This document shows, in pieces, positions 9,164 through 18,307 of a stretch of 64,000 nucleotides of DNA. This stretch comes from an uncultured virus (IMG/VR IMGVR_UViG_3300042914_003341). Its lineage: Duplodnaviria > Heunggongvirae > Uroviricota > Caudoviricetes. The notes beneath the pieces were generated by a model that was not told the origin of the DNA, made no database searches, and saw only the letters and a program-made list of their open reading frames with translations. The stretch lies in IMG/VR virus record IMGVR_UViG_3300042914_003341. The stretch is one strand, 5' to 3'. The translations under genes and the position numbers were made by a program. Each line of letters opens with the position of its first letter. Positions within the stretch are counted from its first letter, which is position 1.

Positions 9164-9576
9164 AGAACTTTTACTTCAACTGCTTTATACCAACCCCAGC
9201 CACTTGGAAGAAGAATCTTTTGCCAATCAAGGTTAGCAACGACCGAGCGCAACTCATCTAGAGTTTCAATATCCGAAAGGTGACGCAATTCAGCCGGGAT
9301 TTCGTACTCCACGAATTCTTCGCGTGAACAATCGTTGAAATCATCCGGGTAGGTGAAATTGAACCTAGACACATGATTCCTGTATAGATCTGATTCTCTT
9401 TTTGGATAGATCAGCTCAGCATCTGACAGTGCTGCAATGTTGGCATCTACTGCTGCCAGTTCTGCATCAACCTTTGATCGGAAACATTCAGTTGGCAAGG
9501 TGTTTTCTTCGCCTTCGAAATACACGAACCAAACTGTTGGTGGAACGCTGGCCGCTGCTGCTGTTTGTGTTGTCAT
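9160..9576 (-). CDS. acidic hypothetical protein, likely paralogue of 10681..11073
   Basis: Shared WxV..F..K..A..A N-terminus and YxA(V/I)E C-terminus. Confidence 0.65.
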   Translation of the reverse strand: MTTQTAAAASVPPTVWFVYFEGEENTLPTECFRSKVDAELAAVDANIAALSDAELIYPKRESDLYRNHVSRFNFTYPDDFNDCSREEFVEYEIPAELRHLSDIETLDELRSVVANLDWQKILLPSGWGWYKAVEVKVL

Positions 9577-9848
9577 GATCGTTGGAGGTTATCATGGCCA
9601 TCAAGCGCAGTCAAGAGCATGTCTGAGAGATCAGACATTTCTTCCATGACCCAATAATCATGCCTGTCATATGAGAACCAATTAAACGTGGCCACAGGTA
9701 CACCAAACAACAAACCATACACAATCCATGGCATCATATCACCAAGTGGAATTAGTGTTTCTGGCCTGACAACACTCAACCATCTATAGTTTCCGAACCG
9801 TCGGCGCGCGGGATCTAGGAATGATTCTATCTTTATTAGAGGTCGCAT
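9573..9848 (-). CDS. small protein, ELAD-motif family
   Basis: EMSDLSDMLL. Confidence 0.55.
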   Translation of the reverse strand: MRPLIKIESFLDPARRRFGNYRWLSVVRPETLIPLGDMMPWIVYGLLFGVPVATFNWFSYDRHDYWVMEEMSDLSDMLLTALDGHDNLQRS

Positions 9849-10105
9849 TGAATGATCGCTGGCGCATCGTCCGGACCACGACCGTTCTTTGCGGCAAAAG
9901 CCTGAGATAGATCAAATCCCACAGACAAACCTTTCCTGCTGTCCTCATAGTCATCCGGCCGGTCATCATCAATTCTCATCCATTCCCAGTATTCCTGCTC
10001 TCCTTGCTCAGAGAGCCAATCAAGGAAAGCATCTCTGGTTTTCTGTGATGGAAACCTGAACAACAAATCTTTGTTGTCTAAGACATAGATTGAAGATGAT
10101 GTCAT
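9836..10105 (-). CDS. hypothetical phage protein
   Basis: AFLDWLSEQGEQEYWEW; start 6 nt after -10 box. Confidence 0.7.
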   Translation of the reverse strand: MTSSSIYVLDNKDLLFRFPSQKTRDAFLDWLSEQGEQEYWEWMRIDDDRPDDYEDSRKGLSVGFDLSQAFAAKNGRGPDDAPAIIQCDL

Positions 10106-10377
10106 GTGTCTAGCTTAGCATCTGAGCCAGAGTTTGTCAAGTCTGGGATCAGCAGAAGGTCACATATATATGCCAGTTCAGAGGCGGTGCGCATCATGTC
10201 TGGACAGTCTTTTGGTAGGGTTTTTGGTTGACTTGAGAACAGCATCACATGGATGATCCATTCCGTGACGCCTGTAGCAATTGCAACAGAATCATACGAC
10301 AATCCCTTGGATCTTCGAAACCTATGGATCGAGACGAGGTTCCAGGTGGGATGAAGGTATTTTTCTATCTTACGCAT
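10102..10377 (-). CDS. small protein, ELAD-motif family
   Basis: LAYICDLL. Confidence 0.55.
   Translation of the reverse strand: MRKIEKYLHPTWNLVSIHRFRRSKGLSYDSVAIATGVTEWIIHVMLFSSQPKTLPKDCPDMMRTASELAYICDLLLIPDLTNSGSDAKLDT
10112..10140 (-). promoter_or_regulatory. sigma70-type promoter, leaderless
   Basis: TTGACA-17-TAAGCT with extended TG. Confidence 0.65.
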
Positions 10378-10675
10378 TCACATGCCGCTCTGGGATGGTT
10401 AGAACATCTGCAACGTCAGTGAAACGCAGCAAGGCAGGAACAGAATCATTCCATACCTCGCCGCCAATCTTTAAACTGAAGCTACTTTCATCAAACTGAA
10501 GAAACGCTACCGCGATGTATGTTATGTGCGGCTCCAAGAAGTGCGTCGGCCATTCTTCAAAATGGCAATAGAACTCATCAAGGAGAAAACCAATGGCGCG
10601 CTGTCTAAGTTTGTCACAGGCCATGGTCCTTTGTTTCGGTATGAAGGGCTTAGGCTTAAGCAATGGCTGCGACAT
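10370..10675 (-). CDS. small protein, ELAD-motif family
   Basis: RFTDVADVL. Confidence 0.55.
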   Translation of the reverse strand: MSQPLLKPKPFIPKQRTMACDKLRQRAIGFLLDEFYCHFEEWPTHFLEPHITYIAVAFLQFDESSFSLKIGGEVWNDSVPALLRFTDVADVLTIPERHVNA

Positions 10676-10680
10676 TCACA

Positions 10681-11073
10681 TCAATCTCCGGGTTCTAGCT
10701 CAATTGCCTCATAGAAAACGACTGGGTCGTTGCTCTCAGACTCATGCATGAGCGCATCGAAGTTGGTTTCATTGGCCAAATACCGTTGCGCCTCTTCGAC
10801 ACTCATCTCTGCCACTGCCTTGGCAATAGTGCCATAGCAGTTGTTCTTCTCACCCCAGTCATCGAAGTCTAGACATTCATACTCGATCCCGAGTGCACTG
10901 TCAAGTCGAGGATTAATGACGCTATACTCCAGGAGAGATTGGATCGTACAATCTCCGGCGCAAAGAATCGCGTTCTCTTCTTTGTCGAAGAAATAAGTTG
11001 GGTGATCGGCTTTGACGTAATGATCATCTGGTCGATACCCAGCCCGATGGACAATCCAAATGTTTTTACTCAT
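10681..11073 (-). CDS. acidic hypothetical protein
   Basis: Likely paralogue of 9160..9576. Confidence 0.65.
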   Translation of the reverse strand: MSKNIWIVHRAGYRPDDHYVKADHPTYFFDKEENAILCAGDCTIQSLLEYSVINPRLDSALGIEYECLDFDDWGEKNNCYGTIAKAVAEMSVEEAQRYLANETNFDALMHESESNDPVVFYEAIELEPGD

Positions 11074-11079
11074 GTTCTT

Positions 11080-11898
11080 TCACTCAATCTCGCCATCAGA
11101 GTCGTTGTCAACATCCCAGGCAACACCAACCTCGCTGAGCTTATAGAAAGATTGAAGACCGGTCTGACCAAAACGATTCTTCTGTACCTCCATGTAAGTG
11201 CGGCCAAAGTCGTCATCAGTCTTCTTGGTAACCTTGTAGAGCCACACAAAGACGTCAATGGCATGCTTGAGCTCATTCTTGCCAGCAAAGTCACCGGTCT
11301 TGGTCACCTGAGAAACCAGGACCGAGACAGCCAGCGTCTTCTTGGACCATTCCACAATCTTCCAAACAGCATCCGTCTGCTGGTGGATCTCGGCCTTCTG
11401 GCGCGAACGACCCTCATCATTGTCAGTCAGCGTCTGGATGCTGTCCTGAATGAGAAAGAAGAAACGCGGCTGACCGTTGGGGAGCGTTGGCGACTTGGCG
11501 TGCACAGTCACACGGAGCTTCTCGGCCATGTCAAGAAGCTGATCCACGTCATCAAAGTTCGAAATGAACCCGCGGTTCAGGAGAGCATCGCACCGGGTGC
11601 GCTCCAGAGCCATCTTGACCTGACGGGGATCCTCCTCACCAGCATTGTAGAGAACAGTGTGGCCCTCGGCGCAGAGAAGGTTGGCGAGGCGCTGCGCATG
11701 GGTCGACTTACCAAGGCCAGAATTACCAACAAGAACAATGATGGAGCTGGGGACGATACCACCGCCGAACTGCTCATTGATGATGGCATCGGAGGTCTTG
11801 ATCCGGATCCGGAGATGCGGAGGAATCTCCACGTTGCGGATAGCCTGGATGGAGGGGACGTTGATGGTGGCGCGAATGTTCTCGGTCGTGGTAGTCAT
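11080..11898 (-). CDS. RadA/Sms-like RecA-fold ATPase (ATPase domain only)
   Basis: FGGGIVPSS, Walker A GNSGLGKST, GEE, DSIQT, QVTKTGDFAG, KNRFG; lacks Zn finger and Lon domain. Confidence 0.88.
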   Translation of the reverse strand: MTTTTENIRATINVPSIQAIRNVEIPPHLRIRIKTSDAIINEQFGGGIVPSSIIVLVGNSGLGKSTHAQRLANLLCAEGHTVLYNAGEEDPRQVKMALERTRCDALLNRGFISNFDDVDQLLDMAEKLRVTVHAKSPTLPNGQPRFFFLIQDSIQTLTDNDEGRSRQKAEIHQQTDAVWKIVEWSKKTLAVSVLVSQVTKTGDFAGKNELKHAIDVFVWLYKVTKKTDDDFGRTYMEVQKNRFGQTGLQSFYKLSEVGVAWDVDNDSDGEIE

Positions 11899-11996
11899 CT
11901 GCTTCGTTGCTCCTGTGTGTTGATGGATCGTTGCAGCCAGTGGAGTGCTGTTATGGCAGATCGCTGGGAAGGTGTCAAGTGAGGGAGGCGAGCGAG

Positions 11997-13115
11997 TCAG
12001 AGCTTGTTGTGCAGACCGATGATGGAGACTTTGATTTCTCGCGGCAAAATGTTTCCGTGTGTGTTTCTTAGTTCAATCTTGAACCTTGTCTTGTCTGTGG
12101 TCACCCAGGCGGATAGCTGCTTGGAGCTATCTTTCTCTGAGTAATACCTGGGATATGACAGAACAACACTCTTGATGGTTGACCCAACAAGGCTCTGCGT
12201 GGTTCTTCTGGAAATGAACTTGCAGGAGTTTTGTTGCTTGGAATTCTGGCTTGCGGAATAGTACCCAAAACCAACGGAGTTAACCAGGAATTGCCGCAAG
12301 AGTTTTCTGTGTGAGCTCATGATCTTGCTAGCCACCAGAACCATCTCAGGCCGCGCCACCTTTGTTCTGGTTTTGTTCTTGGCGTTTGTCAGTCCCTGTG
12401 TGAGCTTCGACACATCCACTGCCAGATACCGCAGGAGATTGTTTACGGTTTGATGTGTGTCTGTCTGAACGATCCGGTTGCCACTCTGTTTGAAGCAACC
12501 AACTGCACCAACAGAAGCTATTGTCAGAGCATTCCTGGCTTTGAGTGAGACATATGTCTTCTTACCGTTTGATAACTCAATGCACAGGTCTGCTATTGAT
12601 GATCCAATCCCAGCAGGTTTTGCGGCAAAATCCACAACTCTTGACGTGTTGTGATGCGCGACATGACTAACCGACCTGATCTCTGTGTTTGGTTTGGTTA
12701 TCTTGAGCTTGGAGCAGATAGCCTTGGCCATCTTCATTCCAGTAGGATACTTGCTCTCAGTCTTTCCATTGATCAAAGACTTGAATGACCTGAGAACTTC
12801 CTGCTCAAACTTGTGGCCACCATTGCCTCCAGATCCACAAACAATCTTCCAAGTAGTTTGGCATTGTGGATCCTTCACCAGATAGGTCTGATATTTCCCT
12901 GAACAGGCTCCAGGGGTTCCTGGCGGGATTGCCTTGACTATTTTCATTCCGAGCCCTCTAGCGATTAACAGGAGGTGTTCTGGGGGAGTTGGATCAGTTA
13001 GTCGCGTCGGTTGAACGCGATAACCTCCATTGCTCCTCCCAGCATCTCTCCAGGCGCCGTTGGCTCGTTTGATTAATCTTGTGACTGATTGTTTGGCGGT
13101 GAGTAACTGTTGCAT
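11997..13115 (-). CDS. putative PD-(D/E)xK endonuclease
   Basis: GHKFE...IADLCI...YVSLK; basic protein. Confidence 0.5.
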   Translation of the reverse strand: MQQLLTAKQSVTRLIKRANGAWRDAGRSNGGYRVQPTRLTDPTPPEHLLLIARGLGMKIVKAIPPGTPGACSGKYQTYLVKDPQCQTTWKIVCGSGGNGGHKFEQEVLRSFKSLINGKTESKYPTGMKMAKAICSKLKITKPNTEIRSVSHVAHHNTSRVVDFAAKPAGIGSSIADLCIELSNGKKTYVSLKARNALTIASVGAVGCFKQSGNRIVQTDTHQTVNNLLRYLAVDVSKLTQGLTNAKNKTRTKVARPEMVLVASKIMSSHRKLLRQFLVNSVGFGYYSASQNSKQQNSCKFISRRTTQSLVGSTIKSVVLSYPRYYSEKDSSKQLSAWVTTDKTRFKIELRNTHGNILPREIKVSIIGLHNKL

Positions 13116-13157
13116 TGATCCGAGTTATGGGCCATGCAACACACTTACTATGTTCTA

Positions 13158-13751
13158 CTAAATTCTGTCTCCGAACCGCTTGGGTTTCGGATTGTGAACA
13201 TAAAGAACCTTTGAGAGCTCTGTCATTCGTTGCAGTTGTTTGTGTTTCAAACCTGCACGTGGTGCCGTTGCTAGGTGATAGCGGCCAAGCGGCGTCATCT
13301 CTGTGATGTCATCCAAGACCAGGAGATGTTTTGGTTTCTCCTGTAGGCTGTCTAGACATTTCCAGATTGCTTCTGGCCGCGAACACTCACGTTTGCTGCA
13401 AGAACCTCCCCACACAGTTGGGGTTGAAAGAGTTTCCCAGTAAGGCGTTGCACCAACTAGTTTGCCTCGCAACCCCGACCTTGTCAAAACATCTACTGTC
13501 ACATCAAAACCCGGATTGTTCCTCCAACTTGAAGACAAGACAATGTTTGCCGCAAAACTAGGATTCTGGTCCAACCATTCATTCAGAAAACCCAGACAGG
13601 TTTGACTGATGAACTTGATTGGATCATTGACGTGGCCAGAGAATTCTTTGGTGAAAGGCGACAAAACCCCATCGACGTCAAGCATCAACAGGGTTTCGCT
13701 CCGGAAGGTGGGTGGAAGTTCGTGTGTGCTGGCTGTTAGGTGTTCAGTCAT
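13158..13751 (-). CDS. HAD-family phosphatase (Swiss Army Knife RNA-repair type)
   Basis: LDVDGVL, IVLSSSWR, LVLDD. Confidence 0.85.
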   Translation of the reverse strand: MTEHLTASTHELPPTFRSETLLMLDVDGVLSPFTKEFSGHVNDPIKFISQTCLGFLNEWLDQNPSFAANIVLSSSWRNNPGFDVTVDVLTRSGLRGKLVGATPYWETLSTPTVWGGSCSKRECSRPEAIWKCLDSLQEKPKHLLVLDDITEMTPLGRYHLATAPRAGLKHKQLQRMTELSKVLYVHNPKPKRFGDRI

Positions 13752-13760
13752 AACAACCAG

Positions 13761-13789
13761 ACACTAGCATCAGTCTTCGACGGTGTCAA
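13761..13789 (-). promoter_or_regulatory. sigma70-type promoter, near-leaderless
   Basis: TTGACA-17-TAGTGT with extended TG; ATG 9 nt downstream. Confidence 0.65.
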
Positions 13790-15401
13790 GGACGCGAGCA
13801 ACAAACAGGTTGATGTTTGTAGCAGGATTGTTCGCGACCGGTGTTGCCGCGACTGTTCCGCCATTGGCAAACTCTGACACAACATCGAAGTACGCATCAG
13901 AGAATCCACCAATGTTCAGAACCTTTCCAGCCTGATCCGGCGCTTGCGTGGTCGAACCAGCCGCAAGATCAATGCAAACAAGTCGTGCGTTGGGAACTTT
14001 CAGAGCCAGCTTGTACTGGTTCCAAACATTGATCAGAGTGCTGGCGCGATATGAACCATTGCACCATGATTCATTGTCACTGATCAATACCAGAGTATCA
14101 ACAGCGACCTTGTCAGCAATCATCTTCCGCACTGCCGCAGCACAGTCAGTTCCACCACCATTTGCACCAATCTTCTGTGCATTGGTCAGGACAGTGTCAC
14201 GAGGCTCCAGCTTCACGCTCTGCGCAGCAGTATCGAAACGATACACCTTGGTCGCCACATTGCCGCGAACAATGCATGCAGCGATCAGTGCCGCCACGTT
14301 GTTGCAAGTGATCTTCGATGAAATCCCCTTCGAGTTGGTGCCGGTGACCGGCAAATTCATTGAGCCAGAAAAGTCAACCGCAACCGCAACCCGACCATTG
14401 ATCGGAGTCATGTTCTTGGTTGCAACCTCCATTGCGTCATGAAGTGCATCACGCACAGCCGCAGGCACATCATCCGATGTGTTCATGTAAGCAGCATAGA
14501 TCTGATAAGGCATTGCACGTGCCTTGCGAACAGCCTCCGGGTCACGGAGCTTCGCTGCGATCTGCTTGGTTGCCTCTGCATCATTGAAAACACCATGACG
14601 AGCCATTGTGTTCAGGTTGATGCGCAGGGCTTGCCACCCCATCTTCCCGGAAAGCTCAACCCGCTCCTTTGTTGAAAGATCCAGAGACTGGAGCATCATG
14701 TAAGGAACGTTCTCCGGAACAACACGCTGATCAGGCTTTCCAGTACGAAACTGGACGAGCTCAAACAGCGGCTTGGGAAGCTGGAACAGATCCACACGGT
14801 CCTCTTGACCAAGGAAATACCGGTACAGTTGGTTCCGGTTCTCATCCTGCGCACGAGGGTGCACGAGCTTCACAACGTCCTTGAGAGACATTCCTCCATC
14901 ATTGTTCCCGCCAACGAAATCCTCCATGATCTGACGATCATTCCGAGCATTGAGCCAGCCCTGGACCAGCTTCTTCGGCGCAGTCCCGAAAGACTTGCGA
15001 CCAGTAACACCAGAGCGCACAACCGCACAGAAGTTCCGGAGCTGCTTCCCGTTGTCAATCACCTTGGGAAATGCACGACGAAACCGACGAGCATCCTTGT
15101 TCATCAGGAATGCTAGAAGAACAACGGGAGTGTCCTTCATGTTGTTCTCGCGGGCATAGACCGCCAGACCCTCAAGGAATCGAGGCGAAACCTCGTTGAC
15201 CAGACGCTGGACGCGCGCAATCTGGTCCTGGCCAGACGTATAGAAACCGTCGTTGAAAGTCCCAGTCAGTGCCAGGTTTGCTAGATCTACCTCTGATTCC
15301 TTGCGATACGCAAGGCCACCAGCACTGTTGCTCGCGTTTGGCACTACCAGAGCAGGCTTGCGAGCAGAATGAGAAGACGAAGAAAATACGGTGTTGTTCA
15401 T
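13770..15401 (-). CDS. rsr: Ro60/Rsr RNA-binding protein (TROVE + vWA)
   Basis: NSAGGLAY, TGTFNDGFY, RSGVTGRKSFG, vWA MIDAS DFSGSM, ISDNESW, IGGFSD. Confidence 0.93.
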   Translation of the reverse strand: MNNTVFSSSSHSARKPALVVPNASNSAGGLAYRKESEVDLANLALTGTFNDGFYTSGQDQIARVQRLVNEVSPRFLEGLAVYARENNMKDTPVVLLAFLMNKDARRFRRAFPKVIDNGKQLRNFCAVVRSGVTGRKSFGTAPKKLVQGWLNARNDRQIMEDFVGGNNDGGMSLKDVVKLVHPRAQDENRNQLYRYFLGQEDRVDLFQLPKPLFELVQFRTGKPDQRVVPENVPYMMLQSLDLSTKERVELSGKMGWQALRINLNTMARHGVFNDAEATKQIAAKLRDPEAVRKARAMPYQIYAAYMNTSDDVPAAVRDALHDAMEVATKNMTPINGRVAVAVDFSGSMNLPVTGTNSKGISSKITCNNVAALIAACIVRGNVATKVYRFDTAAQSVKLEPRDTVLTNAQKIGANGGGTDCAAAVRKMIADKVAVDTLVLISDNESWCNGSYRASTLINVWNQYKLALKVPNARLVCIDLAAGSTTQAPDQAGKVLNIGGFSDAYFDVVSEFANGGTVAATPVANNPATNINLFVARVLDTVED

Positions 15402-15476
15402 GGCAAAATATCCTTGATGATGGTTGTTGTGAGCGTTCGTTCGTTCAGTCGAAGCCGTGTTGCTTCAACGGGGAAC

Positions 15477-15505
15477 AGACTATCAGAGGCTGGGATGGTT
15501 GTCAA
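15477..15505 (-). promoter_or_regulatory. sigma70-type promoter for Ro60
   Basis: TTGACA-17-TAGTCT with extended TG. Confidence 0.75.
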
Positions 15506-15746
15506 GTGGTGAAAGCATGAGCTCATCTGCTATCTCGGCAAAATCTACCAACATCCAAAAGCAGTATGAATCTTGCTTGAGCTCCTGCCAAACGCCAAGT
15601 CTAAACATTGCAAAGTATAACCCGTGTGTTGGCGAGCAACGTTGTAAAACATACCATGAATGCGGGAGCATTGGTTGTGTGGCATCGGCTAGGATCGATG
15701 CCACTCTTTCAATTCTATCCACAGAAACAATCTCCCAATTCAGCAA
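15483..15746 (-). CDS. small protein, ELAD-motif family
   Basis: DFAEIADEL. Confidence 0.55.
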   Translation of the reverse strand: MLNWEIVSVDRIERVASILADATQPMLPHSWYVLQRCSPTHGLYFAMFRLGVWQELKQDSYCFWMLVDFAEIADELMLSPLDNHPSL

Positions 15747-15903
15747 TCACGTGCATTTTGGTGCCGTCGTCACTAAGAGTATTTTTCATACTACCAGATT
15801 CTCCATAGACAATCAAGCACCAGATCGCTAACTCAATCTCACTGATAATCCTTCCTGGTATTACGCGATTAGCTACTGTCGTAGCAGAATCTTTAGATAT
15901 CAT
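15715..15903 (-). CDS. small protein, ELAD-motif family (WxLIxYG subfamily)
   Basis: IWCLIVYG; IAELGDCF. Confidence 0.65.
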   Translation of the reverse strand: MISKDSATTVANRVIPGRIISEIELAIWCLIVYGESGSMKNTLSDDGTKMHVIAELGDCFCG

Positions 15904-16082
15904 GTCCGGAAACAGTCTCCCAACTCACTAACCAAGTGCATTGGATGAGTTCTAAAGCGCACTGCTTGTATGGTGTCATAATTTGTATAGCAGATCAAAG
16001 CCCAAACAGTTATTTCTATCGGAGCATAATCCGCGTCGGGGCGCGACACAATATTATCTATCTGAAGAGGAGAATAGCTCAT
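15900..16082 (-). CDS. small protein, ELAD-motif family (WxLIxYG subfamily)
   Basis: VWALICY; VSELGDCF. Confidence 0.65.
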   Translation of the reverse strand: MSYSPLQIDNIVSRPDADYAPIEITVWALICYTNYDTIQAVRFRTHPMHLVSELGDCFRT

Positions 16083-16276
16083 GATGCAGCCAACAAATCC
16101 CCCAATTCTGTCATGAGATAAACTAGCGCTGGTTCTTTGTAGTCAATCATACGTTCCATCGTGCTCGAATTGCCATAGACAATCAAAGACCAAACAACCA
16201 GACCCATTGGTAATGTGTCAAATTCAGAGCGGCTTTTTGTAACTGCATCTGCAATTTCCAATTCTGCTTGCCTCAT
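16079..16276 (-). CDS. small protein, ELAD-motif family (WxLIxYG subfamily)
   Basis: VWSLIVYG; MTELGDLL. Confidence 0.65.
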   Translation of the reverse strand: MRQAELEIADAVTKSRSEFDTLPMGLVVWSLIVYGNSSTMERMIDYKEPALVYLMTELGDLLAAS

Positions 16277-16470
16277 AGCAAGACCATCACATCTGCAATC
16301 GTCGTTAGCAAATCAAATCCTTCAATTTTTGATTCTTTTGGGTGCCATCGAAGCATTGTGTAGATGTAGTACACAGTTTCATCAATGTCTGGCCCGCCAT
16401 GATCGATTATGTATGCACCAAAAGCTCTATAACACAAGTCTCTTCCTGGCAACACCTTCAGACTCGTCAT
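16273..16470 (-). CDS. small protein, ELAD-motif family
   Basis: LTTIADVM; ATGA start. Confidence 0.55.
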   Translation of the reverse strand: MTSLKVLPGRDLCYRAFGAYIIDHGGPDIDETVYYIYTMLRWHPKESKIEGFDLLTTIADVMVLL

Positions 16471-16664
16471 CGTTCGAACACATCTCCCAACTCGCAAACA
16501 AATTCTGTTTCTTTGAAATGTTTGCTTTCGTTCATCATCGATGCATGTGTCAGCGGGTCGTCGCCAAAATATATCAAAGACCAGATTATGAATCTGAAGC
16601 CAGATGCTGCGCCAGGAATCACACGGTTTCCGATCGATAATTCTTTGGGTGTTTCATTGTGCAT
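16467..16664 (-). CDS. small protein, ELAD-motif family (WxLIxYG subfamily)
   Basis: IWSLIYFG; VCELGDVF. Confidence 0.65.
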   Translation of the reverse strand: MHNETPKELSIGNRVIPGAASGFRFIIWSLIYFGDDPLTHASMMNESKHFKETEFVCELGDVFER

Positions 16665-16878
16665 GGTTAAACCTCGCTACTGATGATTCATCATCACAGC
16701 TCTTGCCGCAGTCCTCATCAGAAACCAGTAAACTATCATACAACCCTATTGAACGATAAACAATCATGTCCAACGATGACAGAACAACGTAACGACTCCC
16801 GTCCATATATGGAGAATACCCAGCGAAACAATCGCTGGTCACTCTGCTGGCATATTCTTCATGATTGGATAATCGCAT
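16654..16878 (-). CDS. small hypothetical protein
   Basis: Fills the gene array; lacks the motif. Confidence 0.45.
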   Translation of the reverse strand: MRLSNHEEYASRVTSDCFAGYSPYMDGSRYVVLSSLDMIVYRSIGLYDSLLVSDEDCGKSCDDESSVARFNHAQ

Positions 16879-17053
16879 CTGCTATCTCCGCAAACATGTT
16901 TATTTCATCGTTAACAAGATGTATGTCAAACGTACGATCACATAGACAATAGTACGTGATTTGATCGATGGTATTGACCACTGTGTCTTGGTTGTCTTTA
17001 GCCCCAAACACAGAGTCACAGAATTTGTTGAAACGTTCTTCAAGAGGCGTCAT
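16859..17053 (-). CDS. small protein, ELAD-motif family
   Basis: MFAEIADAI. Confidence 0.6.
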   Translation of the reverse strand: MTPLEERFNKFCDSVFGAKDNQDTVVNTIDQITYYCLCDRTFDIHLVNDEINMFAEIADAIIQS

Positions 17054-17324
17054 AGAGCATGTCTCCGATAGAGCTCAGCAACTTTGCATCCTCAAGGTCA
17101 TCGATGAATTGATCTTCCATGATGGCCAAGGCGGTTGCCCCAAAATCCGCGTTCAAGATCAGATAGAAGATTGTTTCGCGTAGATGCCTGTGCATCAGGA
17201 CGCGTTCATCCCTGATCATATGAACGACATTCTCAGCCATGACCATGATCATGTGTGTTGCGGCAAAATGTCGCCGATCCTCATCAGAAAATGGTGTGCC
17301 TAACATGTCTGGATCATTGGTCAT
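17040..17324 (-). CDS. small protein, ELAD-motif family
   Basis: LSSIGDML. Confidence 0.6.
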   Translation of the reverse strand: MTNDPDMLGTPFSDEDRRHFAATHMIMVMAENVVHMIRDERVLMHRHLRETIFYLILNADFGATALAIMEDQFIDDLEDAKLLSSIGDMLYDAS

Positions 17325-17330
17325 TTCTCT

Positions 17331-17720
17331 TCAACTTTCTGTCAGCTTGTACAAGAAATACATTGCCCCTATAGGAGCACAGATCGCAAACAGGCTGATT
17401 AGAAACGTGTTTCCACTGGCCATCGCAGTTGCAAACGCAATCAACAACAACGGAGTCATGATCCCAATGCCGATGATACGGAGAGCAGCCTGAACGATTG
17501 TCAGATCTTTGATAGGTGGCGGTTGCTTGCCCGTGTTTTGCTTTCCAATGATCAACTTGTCTGCGGCGGCAACAACTTTGACTGCGGCTGTTTTGACCGC
17601 AGTTGCTTTCTGAAGCTCAAGCTTTAGCTTTGAGATCTCTTTGTCCTTGTCAACGCACCTAGTGCATGTTTCACGGTAATGCGCGTGACCGGATGCTGGC
17701 TTGTTGGTAGGTGTCATCAT
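17331..17720 (-). CDS. membrane protein
   Basis: Coiled-coil-like segment plus two C-terminal hydrophobic helices. Confidence 0.65.
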   Translation of the reverse strand: MMTPTNKPASGHAHYRETCTRCVDKDKEISKLKLELQKATAVKTAAVKVVAAADKLIIGKQNTGKQPPPIKDLTIVQAALRIIGIGIMTPLLLIAFATAMASGNTFLISLFAICAPIGAMYFLYKLTES

Positions 17721-17729
17721 GGCACCTGA

Positions 17730-17758
17730 ACCTTAGCTGAGTTCTGCTCTGGTGTCAA
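17730..17758 (-). promoter_or_regulatory. sigma70-type promoter, near-leaderless
   Basis: TTGACA-17-TAAGGT. Confidence 0.6.
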
Positions 17759-18032
17759 GTGGAATGTTGACGCTGAGCGCGTCAGCTATCTCGAAGAGCA
17801 TCAGAGGGTCCACATGCATATGCAACCTGGATCTTGTGATTCGAACGATACTGATATTTTCGCAATCGTAGTTGACATAGTCAACCGGATCAGGTATTCC
17901 TTCGCCTTTTGACAGAGGTTTGATGCACCACAACAATATCGTCCTCAGCGAATACGCCAAACCGATTCGCGACATGATCTTCCCATCGTTTATGAATCCA
18001 AACGCGCTTTCTGGGATTCCTACGTATTTCAT
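17733..18032 (-). CDS. small protein, ELAD-motif family
   Basis: MLFEIADAL. Confidence 0.6.
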   Translation of the reverse strand: MKYVGIPESAFGFINDGKIMSRIGLAYSLRTILLWCIKPLSKGEGIPDPVDYVNYDCENISIVRITRSRLHMHVDPLMLFEIADALSVNIPLDTRAELS

Positions 18033-18307
18033 GAAATTAGCATGTCTCCAACATCTGCTAGCAGTGGCAGTCTAATGCCTTTTTGAAGTGCCCTAAGATA
18101 TCCGGTAGCATGGCCGCGAAAAGATTGAGGATCCGGATAAACGTACAAACATCGTTGTAAACCATAGCTGAGCATAGCTTGAAGCAAGTATATGTCTTTG
18201 TCTGCCGTATCTGGCGCGCAGCAATTCAGAATATTCTCGCTGATGTTGTCCAGTTGCATTTCAGAGACAAAGTAATCATCTTCTTCTTCTTGATCATCAG
18301 CATTCAC
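18029..18307 (-). CDS. small protein, ELAD-motif family
   Basis: LLADVGDML; GTGA-coupled start. Confidence 0.55.
   Translation of the reverse strand: MNADDQEEEDDYFVSEMQLDNISENILNCCAPDTADKDIYLLQAMLSYGLQRCLYVYPDPQSFRGHATGYLRALQKGIRLPLLADVGDMLIS

Noticed and set aside
10939..11982. 347-aa plus-strand ORF
   Set aside because: Antisense shadow of the RadA-like gene with no recognisable motifs.
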